Assembly: GCA_963836205.1 (NCBI GenBank)
Contig: CAWIIV010000022.1
Span: 38,935-102,934, forward strand
DNA length: 64,000 bases
Source: an uncultured Acidimicrobiia bacterium
Lineage (GTDB): Bacteria > Actinomycetota > Acidimicrobiia > Acidimicrobiales > AC-14
Direction: 5' to 3'
Below, piece by piece: positions 8,911 through 19,346 of the stretch (positions are counted from its first letter, which is position 1; every line of letters starts with the position of its first letter). The notes under the pieces are model-generated. The model was given only the letters and a program-made list of their open reading frames with translations, searched no databases and was not told the DNA's origin. The translations under genes were made by a program, and so were the position numbers.

Positions 8911-10937
8911 ACGCGGTCGTAGGGACGGCCGCGGTGGCGCTCGCCCTGGCCGGCTCGATCCTCGGGGTCATCACCCTGGCCATCGGGCTCAAGCGGGCCG
9001 ACGTCCGGCTCCTGCGGCTGGGTCACCGCTACGCCTGGGTGGTGCTGGCCGGCGCGGTGCTCGCCACCATCGCCATGCAGTCCGCCCTCATCGGCCACGA
9101 CTTCTCCGTCGCCTACGTGGCCCGCAACGGCAGCCGGAGCACACCGCTGCTCTACACGATCACCGGCATGTGGTCGGCCCTGGAGGGCTCGATCCTGCTG
9201 TGGGGGCTGGTGCTGGCCGGCTACCTGGCGGTGATGGCCCGCCACTTCCGCACCCGGGCGTCCGACCCGCTGGTGGCATGGGCCACCCTCACCGTCCTCG
9301 TCGTGGTCGCCTTCTTCTTCCTGCTCCTGGCCGGGCCGGCCAACCCGTTCAGGATCGGCTCGGGGCCGACCCCCCTCGACGGCATGGGGCCCAACCCGCT
9401 CCTCCAGAACCACCCGCTGGTGGCCTTCCACCCGCCCATGCTCTACCTGGGCTACGTCGGCTTCACCATCCCCTTCGCCTTCGCCATCGCCGCCCTCGCC
9501 ACCGGCCGCCTGGGCGAGGGGTGGCTGATCGAGACCCGCCGCTGGACCCTGTTCGCCTGGGGCTTCCTCACCCTGGGGGTCATCCTCGGCGCCTGGTGGT
9601 CGTACGAGGTCCTCGGCTGGGGCGGGTACTGGGCGTGGGACCCGGTGGAGAACGCATCCTTCCTGCCGTGGCTGACGGCGACGGCCTACCTCCACTCGGT
9701 GATGGTTCAGGAGCGGCGGGGGATGCTCCGCGTCTGGAACCTGTCCCTGCTGGTGGCCACCTTCTCCCTCACCATCCTGGGCACGTTCCTCACCCGCTCG
9801 GGCGTGCTCGACTCGGTCCACGCCTTCTCCGAGTCGGCCATCGGACCCATGATCCTGGCCTTCTTCGCGGTGGTCGTGGCGGTGTCGGTCGGACTCATCG
9901 CCTGGCGGGCCGACCGGTTGCGGTCGCCGGGGACGATCGACTCGCCCGTCTCCCGGGAGGGCGCGTTCCTGGCCAACAACGTGGCCTTCGGGGCCTTCGC
10001 CTTCGTGGTGCTCCTGGGCACCATCTTCCCCCTGATCGCGGAGGCCGTCCGGGGCGACCGGCTGTCGGTGGGGGCGCCCTACTTTGAGCGCATGACGATG
10101 CCCGTCGGCTTCACGCTGCTCTTCCTCATGGCCGTGGCCCCCGCCCTGCCGTGGCGGCGGGCGTCCACCGAGGTGCTGCACCGGCGGCTGCTGTGGCCGG
10201 CGTGGGCGGGCACCCTCACCGTGGTGGCCTGTGTGGCGTTCGGGTTGCGGGGCTTCGGGGCGCTGGTGGCGTTCGGGCTGTCGGCCTTCGCGGGGGCCGC
10301 CGCCATCCGCCAACTGGTCCTGTCGGTAGGGGGCGCCCGGGCCCAGGGCACGCCGTTGTGGCGGGGACTGGTGGGGCGGGCCAACGGGGGGATGATCGTC
10401 CACCTCGGCGTCGTGCTCATCGCCTGCGGCTTCGCCGCCAGCTCGTCGTTCGGCCACAGCCACCAGTTCCGGCTGGCGCCGGGGGAGTCGGCCAGCCTGG
10501 CCGGGCACACCGTCACCTACCTGGGCTTCGACGTGATCGACCAGCCCAACAAGACCACCTACCGGGCTCGGGTCCGCATCGACGGCGGCAAGGTCTACGC
10601 CCCCGCCCTCCACCAGTTCCCCGGGGCCAGCCTGGCCATCGGCTCGCCCTCGGTGCGCAGCGGGCCCATCGACGACGTCTACCTCACCCTGGTGGCCGCC
10701 CCCGACGCCTCGGTCGGCGACGGCACGGCCGTGATCGGGGTCAACATCCAACCCCTGGTGGCCTGGCTGTGGCTGGGCGGGGCGGTGATGGGCTTCGGGA
10801 CGCTGCTGGCCGCCTGGCCCCGCGACCGCCGCCGCCGGACTCCGCCCGCGGACGGCGCGGGCGCGGAGCCGCCGGCCGCGACCGTCCCCGAAACGGTTCC
10901 CGTCCCCCGTCCCGAGCCGGCGGAGGTGCCCGGATGA
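8907..10937 (+). CDS. ccmF: Heme lyase CcmF
   Basis: LNPLLQ-like GPNPLLQN, HPPMLYLGY, WGGYWAWDPVEN, SVHAF. Confidence 0.95.
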   Translation: MNAVVGTAAVALALAGSILGVITLAIGLKRADVRLLRLGHRYAWVVLAGAVLATIAMQSALIGHDFSVAYVARNGSRSTPLLYTITGMWSALEGSILLWGLVLAGYLAVMARHFRTRASDPLVAWATLTVLVVVAFFFLLLAGPANPFRIGSGPTPLDGMGPNPLLQNHPLVAFHPPMLYLGYVGFTIPFAFAIAALATGRLGEGWLIETRRWTLFAWGFLTLGVILGAWWSYEVLGWGGYWAWDPVENASFLPWLTATAYLHSVMVQERRGMLRVWNLSLLVATFSLTILGTFLTRSGVLDSVHAFSESAIGPMILAFFAVVVAVSVGLIAWRADRLRSPGTIDSPVSREGAFLANNVAFGAFAFVVLLGTIFPLIAEAVRGDRLSVGAPYFERMTMPVGFTLLFLMAVAPALPWRRASTEVLHRRLLWPAWAGTLTVVACVAFGLRGFGALVAFGLSAFAGAAAIRQLVLSVGGARAQGTPLWRGLVGRANGGMIVHLGVVLIACGFAASSSFGHSHQFRLAPGESASLAGHTVTYLGFDVIDQPNKTTYRARVRIDGGKVYAPALHQFPGASLAIGSPSVRSGPIDDVYLTLVAAPDASVGDGTAVIGVNIQPLVAWLWLGGAVMGFGTLLAAWPRDRRRRTPPADGAGAEPPAATVPETVPVPRPEPAEVPG

Positions 10938-11386
10938 CCCGGCGGGCGGTCTGGGCGGTGATGGCGGTGGTGCTGGTCGGCGCCCTGGCCATCGGCTCGC
11001 AACGGGACGGGCCGGTGACGGCGGAGGCCCGCGTCCGCCGGATCGGGTCCGACCTCCGCTGCCCCACCTGCCAGGGGATGTCGGTGGCCGACTCGGAGGC
11101 GCCGGCCGCAGTCGGGATCCGGGAAGAGATCGGCCGCCGGGTGGCCGAAGGCCGGGAGACCGACGGTCAGATCAAGGACTTCATCCTCGGCCTCTACCCG
11201 AACATCAGCCTCCGCCCGGAGACCCGGGGCCTGGGACTGGTCGTGTGGGCGCTACCGGTGGTGGCCGCCGCCGCCGTTGTGTGCGGGTTGGCGGTTGTCC
11301 TCGTGCGCCGCCGGCGGGTTGCCGAGCAGCCGGGGCTGTCCGACGACGACCGCCTGCTGGTCGAGGAAGCGCTGCGGCAACCGTGA
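10934..11386 (+). CDS. ccmH: Cytochrome c biogenesis protein CcmH
   Basis: LRCPTCQGMSVADS motif, C-terminal TM. Confidence 0.88.
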   Translation: MTRRAVWAVMAVVLVGALAIGSQRDGPVTAEARVRRIGSDLRCPTCQGMSVADSEAPAAVGIREEIGRRVAEGRETDGQIKDFILGLYPNISLRPETRGLGLVVWALPVVAAAAVVCGLAVVLVRRRRVAEQPGLSDDDRLLVEEALRQP

Positions 11387-12586
11387 GCGGCGACGATCTG
11401 GCCGCCCTCCGGGAGCAGCGCGACGTGCTGCTCAGGTCGATCCGCGACCTGGAGCAGGAGCGGTCGGCAGGGGAGATCGGCGACGACGACTACGCCGCCC
11501 TGAAGGACGACTACACCGCCCGCGCCGCGGCCGTGCTGCGGGCCATCAAGGCGGTTCGACCCTCCGGTGCGAGGGGGACTCGACCCCGACCGGCGGGTTC
11601 CCGACCCATCCGCCGCCCGCCCGGAGCCGGCCCGACCCGCCGGTCGCCGGGCACCCGGCCCAGGGGACGGCCGTCGTCGCGAACCCCCCCGTCGGACGCC
11701 GATCGCCGCACCGCCGCCGATAGGAGTACCGCCACCAACGGGCCTGCCGCAGCCGACGGGCCATCGGCGGCCAACGGAAGTCCCGCCGAACGCCGTACCG
11801 CCCGAGCCCGCCGTCCCGCGGCCGTCCGACGTCCCGGCGCCGACGGACGTCGCACCGCCCGCCGTCCCGCCACCAATCGCCGTGCCACCGCCACACAATC
11901 GCCGTGCCACCGCCACCAATCGCCGTGCCGCCGCCGCCGCCCGTGCCGCCGCCGCCGGCGGCGGCGGTCCCGCCACCGACCGTCTGCCCGCCTCGCAGGG
12001 CGCTCGTCGGCACCGACCGGCGGTCAACCCTCCGGTCGGGCGTCGCCAGCGGTCGCTCGCCGTCAGCCTGGTGGTGGCGTTCGCGATCGCGGCGCTGGCC
12101 GGGATCTCGGTGGTACTCCTCTCTGGCAGCCGCAACCCGGGGGAGCCCGTCACCGGCTCCGTGCCCGGAGGAGAGGCGGCGGCGGAGGTCAACCGAGTCG
12201 ACGAGGCGCTCGCCCTCGAGGCCGATGGGCGGGCGGTCGACGCCCTCAAGGTCTACGACGAGATCCTCGCAGGCGATCCCGACGACGTCGAGGCCCTCGC
12301 CTACCGGGGCTGGCTCCTCAAGCGGGCGGGGCTGCCGGACAAGGCCATGGAGTCCCTCGACCGCGCCGTCACCATCGAACCCACCTTCCCCGACGCCCAC
12401 TTCTTCCGGGGTATGGTCCTCTTCCAGGACCGAAACGACCCCGACGGGGCGGTCGTGGAGTTCAAGGCGTTCCTGGCCAACAACCCGCCGCCCGACTTCG
12501 TCGAGGCCGTCCAGGAGGTGCTGGCCAACGCCGAAGCGGCGGCCGCGGCCAAGGCCGCGGGCGCGACCACGACGGTCGCGCCCTAA
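11383..12586 (+). CDS. CcmI-like TPR protein with Pro-rich linker (apparent frameshifts in the linker)
   Basis: N-terminus LRSIRDLEQERSAGEIGDDDYAALKDDY; TM plus TPR (ALAYRGWLL, PDAHFFRG) lie in another frame; the linker switches frame several times. Confidence 0.65.
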
Positions 12587-12632
12587 CCGAACCCGGGGGA
12601 AACGGTCTGCCCGGCCGAGCGGTCGGACCACC

Positions 12633-14036
12633 ATGGCCCTTCTCCCGGTACGCACCCCTCGGCGGGCGGCGGCGGCCGCACTGGTCGCCCTGGTCCTCCT
12701 GGCCCCGTCGCCGGCGGACGCCCGCCAACCGCAGACCCCGGCCCAGGACGCGGCCGTCGAGGGTGTCGTCACCCACCAGGACGGCTCCCCGGCGGAGGGC
12801 GTGCCGGTGCGGGTGGTCGGTTATGACGACCCCGGCCTGGTGGGGGCCCTCACCTTGGTCTTCAGCCTCGGCCTGGCGTGCATCGCCGACTTCTCCATCT
12901 GCGGGGGCGACTCGACCGGTGGCACGGGTGCCACCACCGGTGCCGACGGCGGCTACCACGGCTCGCTCCCCGGGTCCTACGTCGCCGGCACCGAGACCGA
13001 TACCGACTGGACCGTCACCGCCACCCTCCCGCCGGCCGCGGGCCAGGTCCGGGGTCCGAGCTCGGCGTTCGAGTTCGAGGTCAACATCGCCCTCCAGGCC
13101 GCCCCCCCGCTTCCCCTCTGGGAGCAGACCCCGTCGTTCTCGGTCGACGGCTGGGAGGCGACGGTGTCGGTCGACGGACGACCCCCCGCCGGCACCGGGG
13201 AGACCACCGTCGCCATCACCACGACAGGGGGAACGATCAGCGTGCCGGGATCGTCGGCCACCGTCGACCTGCGCCGGCTCGAGGCGGTCGACAGCGACCC
13301 CGGGACGGCGCAGCCCCACGGTTACGCCACCGCCTACGCCGACGTGCGCGTCCCCCACGCCAACGGCCGCACGATCTACCACCAGGCCGTCACCACCGGC
13401 GTCGTGGCCCTCCCTCCCGTCGACCTGACCCCGCCGTCCCGGTGGGCGCCGTGCTCGATCGTCACGACCGACGGCACCGTGACGGCGATGCCCCGTGAGC
13501 GGTGCGCGGCCACCGACGGCCGCCGGTCGGGCTTCGGCGCCACCGGGACGGCGTCGGTCACGGTGGAACTCGAGTCGCCGGTGGAGGTGGCCGATGTCTT
13601 CGTGGTCGGCTGCCTCGACCACTGCACCGTCGAGGCGTCGGCCGACGGCGCCACCTGGACGGCGCTGACGAACGGGTGGACCGACGCCTCGTCCAGCGCG
13701 GCGTCGTACAACGACCTCCTGGTGGCCTCGCCCGCGGCCCCCCTGGCGTCCCGTTTCGTCCGGGTCAGCGCGCCCGGAGGCATCGAGGACGTGACCGAGG
13801 TCTCGGTCTGGCCCGGTCCGGCCGCGCTCGTCCCTCCGACGACGGTCGCCCCGGTGACGGTCCCGGCGCCGGTGACGGTCGGCATCAGCCCGACGGCACC
13901 CGTCCTGCCCGCTCCGCACGACGACGGCGGCGGCGGGACCAGCACCGCCTCGTTGGCCGTGGTGGCTGTCGTCGCCCTCGCGGTGGCGGGGGGTGCCGTC
14001 GCCATTGCGATGGCGAAGGGCCGGCGCCAGGGGTGA
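12633..14036 (+). CDS. Secreted, C-terminally membrane-anchored protein with possible F5/8 (discoidin)-like domain
   Basis: Signal peptide, Ig-like N-terminus, VTVELESPVEV...VEASADGATWT...RFVRV, C-terminal TM plus KGRR. Confidence 0.6.
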   Translation: MALLPVRTPRRAAAAALVALVLLAPSPADARQPQTPAQDAAVEGVVTHQDGSPAEGVPVRVVGYDDPGLVGALTLVFSLGLACIADFSICGGDSTGGTGATTGADGGYHGSLPGSYVAGTETDTDWTVTATLPPAAGQVRGPSSAFEFEVNIALQAAPPLPLWEQTPSFSVDGWEATVSVDGRPPAGTGETTVAITTTGGTISVPGSSATVDLRRLEAVDSDPGTAQPHGYATAYADVRVPHANGRTIYHQAVTTGVVALPPVDLTPPSRWAPCSIVTTDGTVTAMPRERCAATDGRRSGFGATGTASVTVELESPVEVADVFVVGCLDHCTVEASADGATWTALTNGWTDASSSAASYNDLLVASPAAPLASRFVRVSAPGGIEDVTEVSVWPGPAALVPPTTVAPVTVPAPVTVGISPTAPVLPAPHDDGGGGTSTASLAVVAVVALAVAGGAVAIAMAKGRRQG

Positions 14037-14075
14037 TTCGAGCAGACGCAATCGGCTCCGGGGCATGCTTGGCGT

Positions 14076-14336
14076 ATGGAAATTCTGAGCGTCATCTTGA
14101 GCCTCGTGATCGCGGGCATCGTCTTCGGCTTCCTGGGTCGCCTGGCCATTCCGGGGCCGAACCCGATGAGCGTCGGAATGACGATCCTCGTCGGCATCGG
14201 CGGTTCGTTCCTCGGGACGATCGTGGGGGTCATCCTCGGTGCCCGCCCGGAGCACAACGTGTGGCTGTTCTTCGTGCTCCAGGTCCTCGGCGCGGCCGCC
14301 ATCGTCTGGTTCATCAGCCGCCGCTCGAGGCGCTGA
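14076..14336 (+). CDS. GlsB/YeaQ/YmgE family membrane protein
   Basis: GIVFGFLGRLAIPG, TILVGIGGSFLG. Confidence 0.85.
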   Translation: MEILSVILSLVIAGIVFGFLGRLAIPGPNPMSVGMTILVGIGGSFLGTIVGVILGARPEHNVWLFFVLQVLGAAAIVWFISRRSRR

Positions 14337-14390
14337 CCGAGCACGCGTTTGCGGCTGGCAGACTGAGGCCGGTCGAGACCAGGAGGCGAG

Positions 14391-14594
14391 ATGACGGACG
14401 TGCACCGATCCAAGCCTCCTCACATTCCGACACCCCGTGCCGACCTTGATGATCTCGTCCGGGCGAAGGGCCTTATGCCACTCCGGTCGATCGGGGATCT
14501 GGCTGCGTTTGCCGCCGACATCTGGGACTCGGATGCCGATCTGGACGACTTTCTGGCGGACGTTCGCACCAGCCGTGACGCCGATGTCGCCTAA
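14391..14594 (+). CDS. Putative antitoxin
   Basis: 67-aa protein with acidic C-terminal half (DIWDSDADLDDFLADVR) upstream of a PIN gene; AGGAGG RBS. Confidence 0.6.
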   Translation: MTDVHRSKPPHIPTPRADLDDLVRAKGLMPLRSIGDLAAFAADIWDSDADLDDFLADVRTSRDADVA

Positions 14595-14599
14595 CCGAC

Positions 14600-15005
14600 G
14601 TGCCCGTCGTCGTCCTCGACACTGACGCCGCCTCTCTCGTTCAGTGAGAGCGCCTCGACCCCACCTACGGGCGCCACCTCGTCGGCAACGTTCTCGGGAT
14701 CACGTTCGTGACGCTGGCCGAGTTCCACAAGGGTATGGAGATCCGCTCATGGGGGGCGTCTCGTCGCCGTGATCTCATCGATTGGGGTCGACCGCCTCAT
14801 CGTGCTGCCGTATGGCGAAGCGGTTTCCGAATCATGGGGACGACTAGCGGCGAGGGCGCAGCAGCGGGGTCGGCCGCGTCCGGTCAACGACATGTGGATT
14901 GCCGCGTGTTGCATCGCGGAGGACGTGCCACTGCTGACCCTGAACCGCAAGGACTTCGACGACTTCGCCCGGTTCGACGGCCTCCGCCTGCTCGGTGCCG
15001 CCTGA
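14600..15005 (+). pseudogene. Disrupted PIN/VapC toxin
   Basis: VVLDTDAAS...ITFVTLAEF...PVNDMWIAA...LLTLNRKDF; in-frame TGA at 14645-14647 and a frameshift in the G-run near 14785. Confidence 0.8.
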
Positions 15006-15011
15006 GAGGGG

Positions 15012-16126
15012 TCAGGAGCGCAGCGACCGCAGGCGGGCGACCACCTGGGGGAAGGCCTGGGCAAAGGCGTCGACGTCGGCCTCGGTCGTCGACCAGCCCA
15101 CCGACACCCGTAGCGACCGCTCGGCGGGCACGCCCATGGCCTCCAGCACGGGTGAGGGTTCCAGCGACTCCGACGAGCACGAGCTGCCGGAGTGGACCGC
15201 TACTCCAGCCTGGTCGAGCCCGAGCAGGACGGGCTCCGCCTCCACCCCCTCGACGCCGAAGCAGACCAGGTGGGGGACCCGGTGGTCGACGTCGCCGAAG
15301 GGCTCCACGCCGGCGACCCCGAGCGCGGCGGCCACGACCGCGTCGGTCTGCGACCGGTTGCGTACCGCCTCCGACGCCAGCGTGCCCGGTGCGGCCAACA
15401 CCTCGGCCGCGGCCCCGAAGCCGACGATGGCGGGCACGTTCTCCATCCCCGCCCGCCGGGCCCGCTCCTGCTCCCCCCGACCAGCAACGGGCGCAGGCGC
15501 AGCCCCCGGCGAACCAACAACGCCCCGATCCCCTGCGGCCCCCCCAGCTTGTGGGCGCTCACCGACAGCAGGTCGGCGTCCAGGCCGACGAAGTCGATGG
15601 GGACGTGGCCGGCGGCGGCGGCCGCGTCGACGTGGACGAGGACCCCCCGCGTCCGGCAGGCGGCGACGATCTCGGCCACCGGCTGCAACGTCCCCACCTC
15701 GTGGTTGGCCCACTGCACGTGCACCAACGCCGTCGAACCGGGCTGGATGGCGGCCACCACCTCGTCCGGGTCCACCCGCCCCATCCGGTCGACGCCCACC
15801 GTCGTCACCTCGAAGCGGGCCGACGCGTCCCGTACCGCCGAGTGCTCCACCGCCGGCACCACCATGCGCCCACCCCGCTCGCCCGCGCCCCAGACGGCGG
15901 CGGCGATGGCCTCGGTGGCCCCGCTGGTGAACACCACCTCCCGCGACCGGGCCCCGAACAGGGCCGCCACCCGTTCCCGGGCATCCTCCACCACCGCCCG
16001 GGCGATCCTGCCCTCGGTGTGCACCCGCCCCGGGTCGGCCGCCCCCGACAACCACGGGAGCATGGCCTCCACCGCCTCCGGCCGTGCCGGCGAGGTCGAG
16101 GCGTGGTCGAGGTAGTGGCGAGTCAG
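15012..16126 (-). CDS. iscS: Cysteine desulfurase (IscS/NifS class V PLP enzyme), one apparent frameshift
   Basis: YLDHASTS, FTSGATEA, HVDAA, SAHKLGGP, SGSSC; frame break in the homopolymer near 15472-15478; start codon uncertain. Confidence 0.85.
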
Positions 16127-16136
16127 GGTTGGAAGC

Positions 16137-16847
16137 TCAGACGAACGTCACGCAGACGGAGTCGCCCTGGGGCCGGGAGGCCGACGTCTCGGGCACCGTG
16201 TCGCCGTAGAGCGTGGCCAGCATCCCCTTCACGATGCCCCGGTCGACGGCGCAGATCACCGGGTGCTGCACCGCCGCCTCGCCGAAGGGGCACTGCTCGG
16301 AGATGATGGCCAGCGCCCCCTCGCGGGACTGGGTGTGGGCGGCGAACCCATGGGCCGTCAGAGCGTCGGCCACCGTGTGCAGCGCCACCTGGAGCGACCG
16401 GTGGCCCTCGTTGGGGGCCATGGTGGCGGCCAGCGACCGCCCGTAGGCCTGCCCGACCTCCTCGGCCATGGCCTCGGCCGCCTCCAGGGGCACGAGGGCG
16501 AGGGTGCGGGCCAGCAGGGTGACGAGCAGGTCGTCGCGCCGGGCCGGGAACTCCAACCGCATGTCCTTGGCCACCGTGCGGTAGTGCTTCGACGGCCGTC
16601 CCGCCCCCGAATGCTCGGCCCGCTCGACGGCGACCACCAGGTACCCGCCGCCGGCCAGCTTGTCGAGGTGGTGCCGGGCCACGTTGGGGTGCAGCTCGAA
16701 CCGCTCGGCCACCTCGGCTGCGGTGACCCCGTTGTCCGAGTCGTGGGCGAAGAGGTAGATCTCCCGCCGGGTGGGGTCGCCGAAGGCGCTGGTGACCGCG
16801 CTGACCGCAGCGCTGAACTCATCCGCCGTCAGAGCAGGTTGAGCCAC
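16137..16847 (-). CDS. Winged-HTH regulator with C-terminal Cys cluster (SufR/Rv1460-like)
   Basis: HTH plus GAGRP, QCPF...IC...C; TAGAAT -10 just upstream suggests a leaderless mRNA. Confidence 0.75.
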   Translation of the reverse strand: MAQPALTADEFSAAVSAVTSAFGDPTRREIYLFAHDSDNGVTAAEVAERFELHPNVARHHLDKLAGGGYLVVAVERAEHSGAGRPSKHYRTVAKDMRLEFPARRDDLLVTLLARTLALVPLEAAEAMAEEVGQAYGRSLAATMAPNEGHRSLQVALHTVADALTAHGFAAHTQSREGALAIISEQCPFGEAAVQHPVICAVDRGIVKGMLATLYGDTVPETSASRPQGDSVCVTFV

Positions 16848-16897
16848 CCCGGTATTCTACCTACAGCCATAGGAGAAATCGGAGTCCCGCCCGTCCC

Positions 16898-18043
16898 ATG
16901 CCTGAAAAGACGCTGCCTACCGAAGCCGACATCCTCGAGGCGCTCCGGCCGGTGCAGGACCCTGAGCTCTATCGCAGCATCGTCGACCTCGGGATGGTCA
17001 AGGCCATTCGTATCGAGGGCGGACGGGTCGGTGTCACGGTGGCCCTCACCGTCGCCGGCTGCCCCCTGCGGGCGGAGATCACCCAGCGGGTGACGGCCGC
17101 GGTGCAACCCGTCGAGGGGGTCGACCACGTCGAGGTCGAGCTCACCGTCATGACCGACGAGGAGCGGGCCGCGGTCCGGGGCCAGCTCCAGTCCAGCCAG
17201 CCCCCGCCCGGGCCGCCGCAGGGCGACCACGGCCATGCCGCAGCCGCCATCCCCTTCGGCGAGGGCTCCCGCACCCGGGTCCTCGGCCTCTCGTCGGGCA
17301 AGGGCGGGGTCGGCAAGTCGTCCACCACTGTCAACCTGGCCGTCGCCCTCAGCCGCCTGGGCCACGAGGTGGCGGTCCTCGACGCCGACGTCTACGGCTT
17401 CTCCATCCCCCGCATGCTCGGCATCACCCAGGAGCCGGTGGTGATCGACGGGATGATCGTCCCGCCGGTAGCCGCCGGTCTGAAGGTGATCTCCACCGGG
17501 TTCTTCGTCCCCGACGACCAGGCCGTGATCTGGCGGGGACCGATGCTGCACAAGGCCCTCGAGCAGTTCCTCACCGACGTCCTGTGGGGCGAGCCCGACT
17601 ACCTGCTGGTCGACATGCCGCCCGGCACCGGCGACGTGGCCCTGTCGATGGCCCAGTTCCTGCCCCGGGCGGAGGTGCTGGTGGTCACCACGCCCCAGCC
17701 CGCGGCCCAGCGGGTGGCCCAGCGCTCGGCCCTGATGGCCCGCAAGGTGAAGCTGCCGGTGCGGGGCGTGGTCGAGAACATGAGCTGGTTCACCGGCGAC
17801 GACGGGAAGCGCTACGAGATCTTTGGCTCCGGCGGCGGCCAACTGCTGGCCGACGACCTGGGCGTGCCCCTGCTGGCCCGGATCCCGCTGGTCACGGCCC
17901 TGCGGGAGGGTGGCGACGAGGGCCGGCCCATCACGGTCACCGACCCCGGCTCGGAGGCGGCGCTGGCCTTCGAGGCCCTGGCCAAGGCGGTCGAGAGCAT
18001 GGGCCCCAGCCGCATCTACAAGTCCGAGCTCAAGATCGGCTGA
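16898..18043 (+). CDS. mrp: Mrp/NBP35 (ApbC) Fe-S carrier ATPase
   Basis: N-terminal DUF59-like domain (DPEL...LTVAGCP), SGKGGVGKS, DMPPGTGD, VENMS. Confidence 0.93.
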   Translation: MPEKTLPTEADILEALRPVQDPELYRSIVDLGMVKAIRIEGGRVGVTVALTVAGCPLRAEITQRVTAAVQPVEGVDHVEVELTVMTDEERAAVRGQLQSSQPPPGPPQGDHGHAAAAIPFGEGSRTRVLGLSSGKGGVGKSSTTVNLAVALSRLGHEVAVLDADVYGFSIPRMLGITQEPVVIDGMIVPPVAAGLKVISTGFFVPDDQAVIWRGPMLHKALEQFLTDVLWGEPDYLLVDMPPGTGDVALSMAQFLPRAEVLVVTTPQPAAQRVAQRSALMARKVKLPVRGVVENMSWFTGDDGKRYEIFGSGGGQLLADDLGVPLLARIPLVTALREGGDEGRPITVTDPGSEAALAFEALAKAVESMGPSRIYKSELKIG

Positions 18044-18088
18044 CCGCGCCCTCTGGCCCCGGCCAGGGTCCCCGCTCGGCTAGACAAG

Positions 18089-19069
18089 GTGACGGTGTTC
18101 GGCCTCCTCAGCGCCCTCGCGGCCATCTCCTACGACCCGTTGGTGCGGATCAACATCGGGCCGCTGTCGATCTCGCCCCACGGGATCGGCATCGCCGTCG
18201 GGTTCCTGCTCGGCGCCCGGTTCATGCTGCCCGAGTCCCGCAAGCGGGGGATTCCCGACGAGGAGGTCTACCCCCTCTTCACCCGGGCCGCCATCGGGGC
18301 CATCATCGGCGCCCGGGTGGCCTACGTCGTCAACCACCTCGGCGACTACGAATCGGTGCTCGACATCCTGCGGGTGTGGAAGGGAGGCATCTCCCTGCTG
18401 GGCGGGATCACCGGCGCCGTCCTCCTGGCCGTCCCCCGGATGAAGATGCGGAAGCTCTCGTTCTGGAAGATCATGGACTCCGCTGCCCCCGGCCTGGCCC
18501 TCGGCATCACCGTCGGCCGCATCGGCGACCTCATCATCGGCGACCACCTGGGCAAGACCACCGAGTTCTTCCTCGGGTATCGGTGCCCGCCCGGCAGCGT
18601 CGAGGTGGGCTCACCGTGCGAACCGGGCACGATCGTGCACCAGACGGCCCTGTACGACCAGATCGGGGCCTTCGTGCTGCTCCTGGTGCTCCTCCGCCTG
18701 CGCAAACGAGTCCACTACGACGGGTTCCTGGCCCTGGTGTTCGTGGCCTGGTACGCCACCAACCGCATCATCGAGGACTTTCTCCGGGAGGACCTGCGCC
18801 ACTTCGGCCTCACCGGCAGCCAGTGGTGGGCCCTCACCATGCTCACCCTCAGCCTGGGCGCCCTTCTCTTCCTCCGTCGCACGCCGAAGTGGGGGCGGTG
18901 GGACGCCGAGCCGCCACCGCCGTCCGCGGGGCCGCCTACCCTGAGCGACGACGAGCCTGAGATCGACGAGGACATCGGTGGCGTTGACCGCCCCGAGGAA
19001 GGAGAACGCAGTGGAGATCCGGATCGGGGTCATTCAGTCCCCGAGGGAGATCGAGATCGATATGGGTGA
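18089..19069 (+). CDS. lgt: Prolipoprotein diacylglyceryl transferase
   Basis: IIGARVAYV, VWKGGISLLGG, GRIGD, HQTALY. Confidence 0.85.
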   Translation: MTVFGLLSALAAISYDPLVRINIGPLSISPHGIGIAVGFLLGARFMLPESRKRGIPDEEVYPLFTRAAIGAIIGARVAYVVNHLGDYESVLDILRVWKGGISLLGGITGAVLLAVPRMKMRKLSFWKIMDSAAPGLALGITVGRIGDLIIGDHLGKTTEFFLGYRCPPGSVEVGSPCEPGTIVHQTALYDQIGAFVLLLVLLRLRKRVHYDGFLALVFVAWYATNRIIEDFLREDLRHFGLTGSQWWALTMLTLSLGALLFLRRTPKWGRWDAEPPPPSAGPPTLSDDEPEIDEDIGGVDRPEEGERSGDPDRGHSVPEGDRDRYG

Positions 19070-19253
19070 CGACGTCGACGGCGAGAAGCTGATCGAGGAC
19101 ATCCAGGAAGCGATGAGCGGCGACTCCGACGCCAACATGCTGTGGTTCACCGACCGCCGGGGCAAGCGCATCGGGGTCGTCACCGAAAGGCTGGCCTACG
19201 TCGAGGTCGGCCCGACCGGCGAGCAACGGCACGTGGGGTTCTCGGCCGTCTAG
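19011..19253 (+). CDS. DUF3107 family protein
   Basis: EIRIGVIQSPREI...TDRRG...LAYVEVG...VGF; AAGGAG RBS. Confidence 0.85.
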   Translation: MEIRIGVIQSPREIEIDMGDDVDGEKLIEDIQEAMSGDSDANMLWFTDRRGKRIGVVTERLAYVEVGPTGEQRHVGFSAV

Positions 19254-19346
19254 AGGCGGCGAACTGGGTGACAGTTCTCGGGGCTGGGACCCCGGGAATC
19301 GTCTCCAGTTCGGAGCGGCGGCGGCGTCCGTACACTTGGCGTCCGA

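Noticed and set aside
12633-14036. Substrate of the nearby class E sortase
   Set aside because: Has a TM and basic tail but no LPXTG/LAXTG motif.
14645-14647. Selenocysteine or readthrough TGA in the PIN gene
   Set aside because: Not a catalytic Cys position, and the gene has a second lesion.
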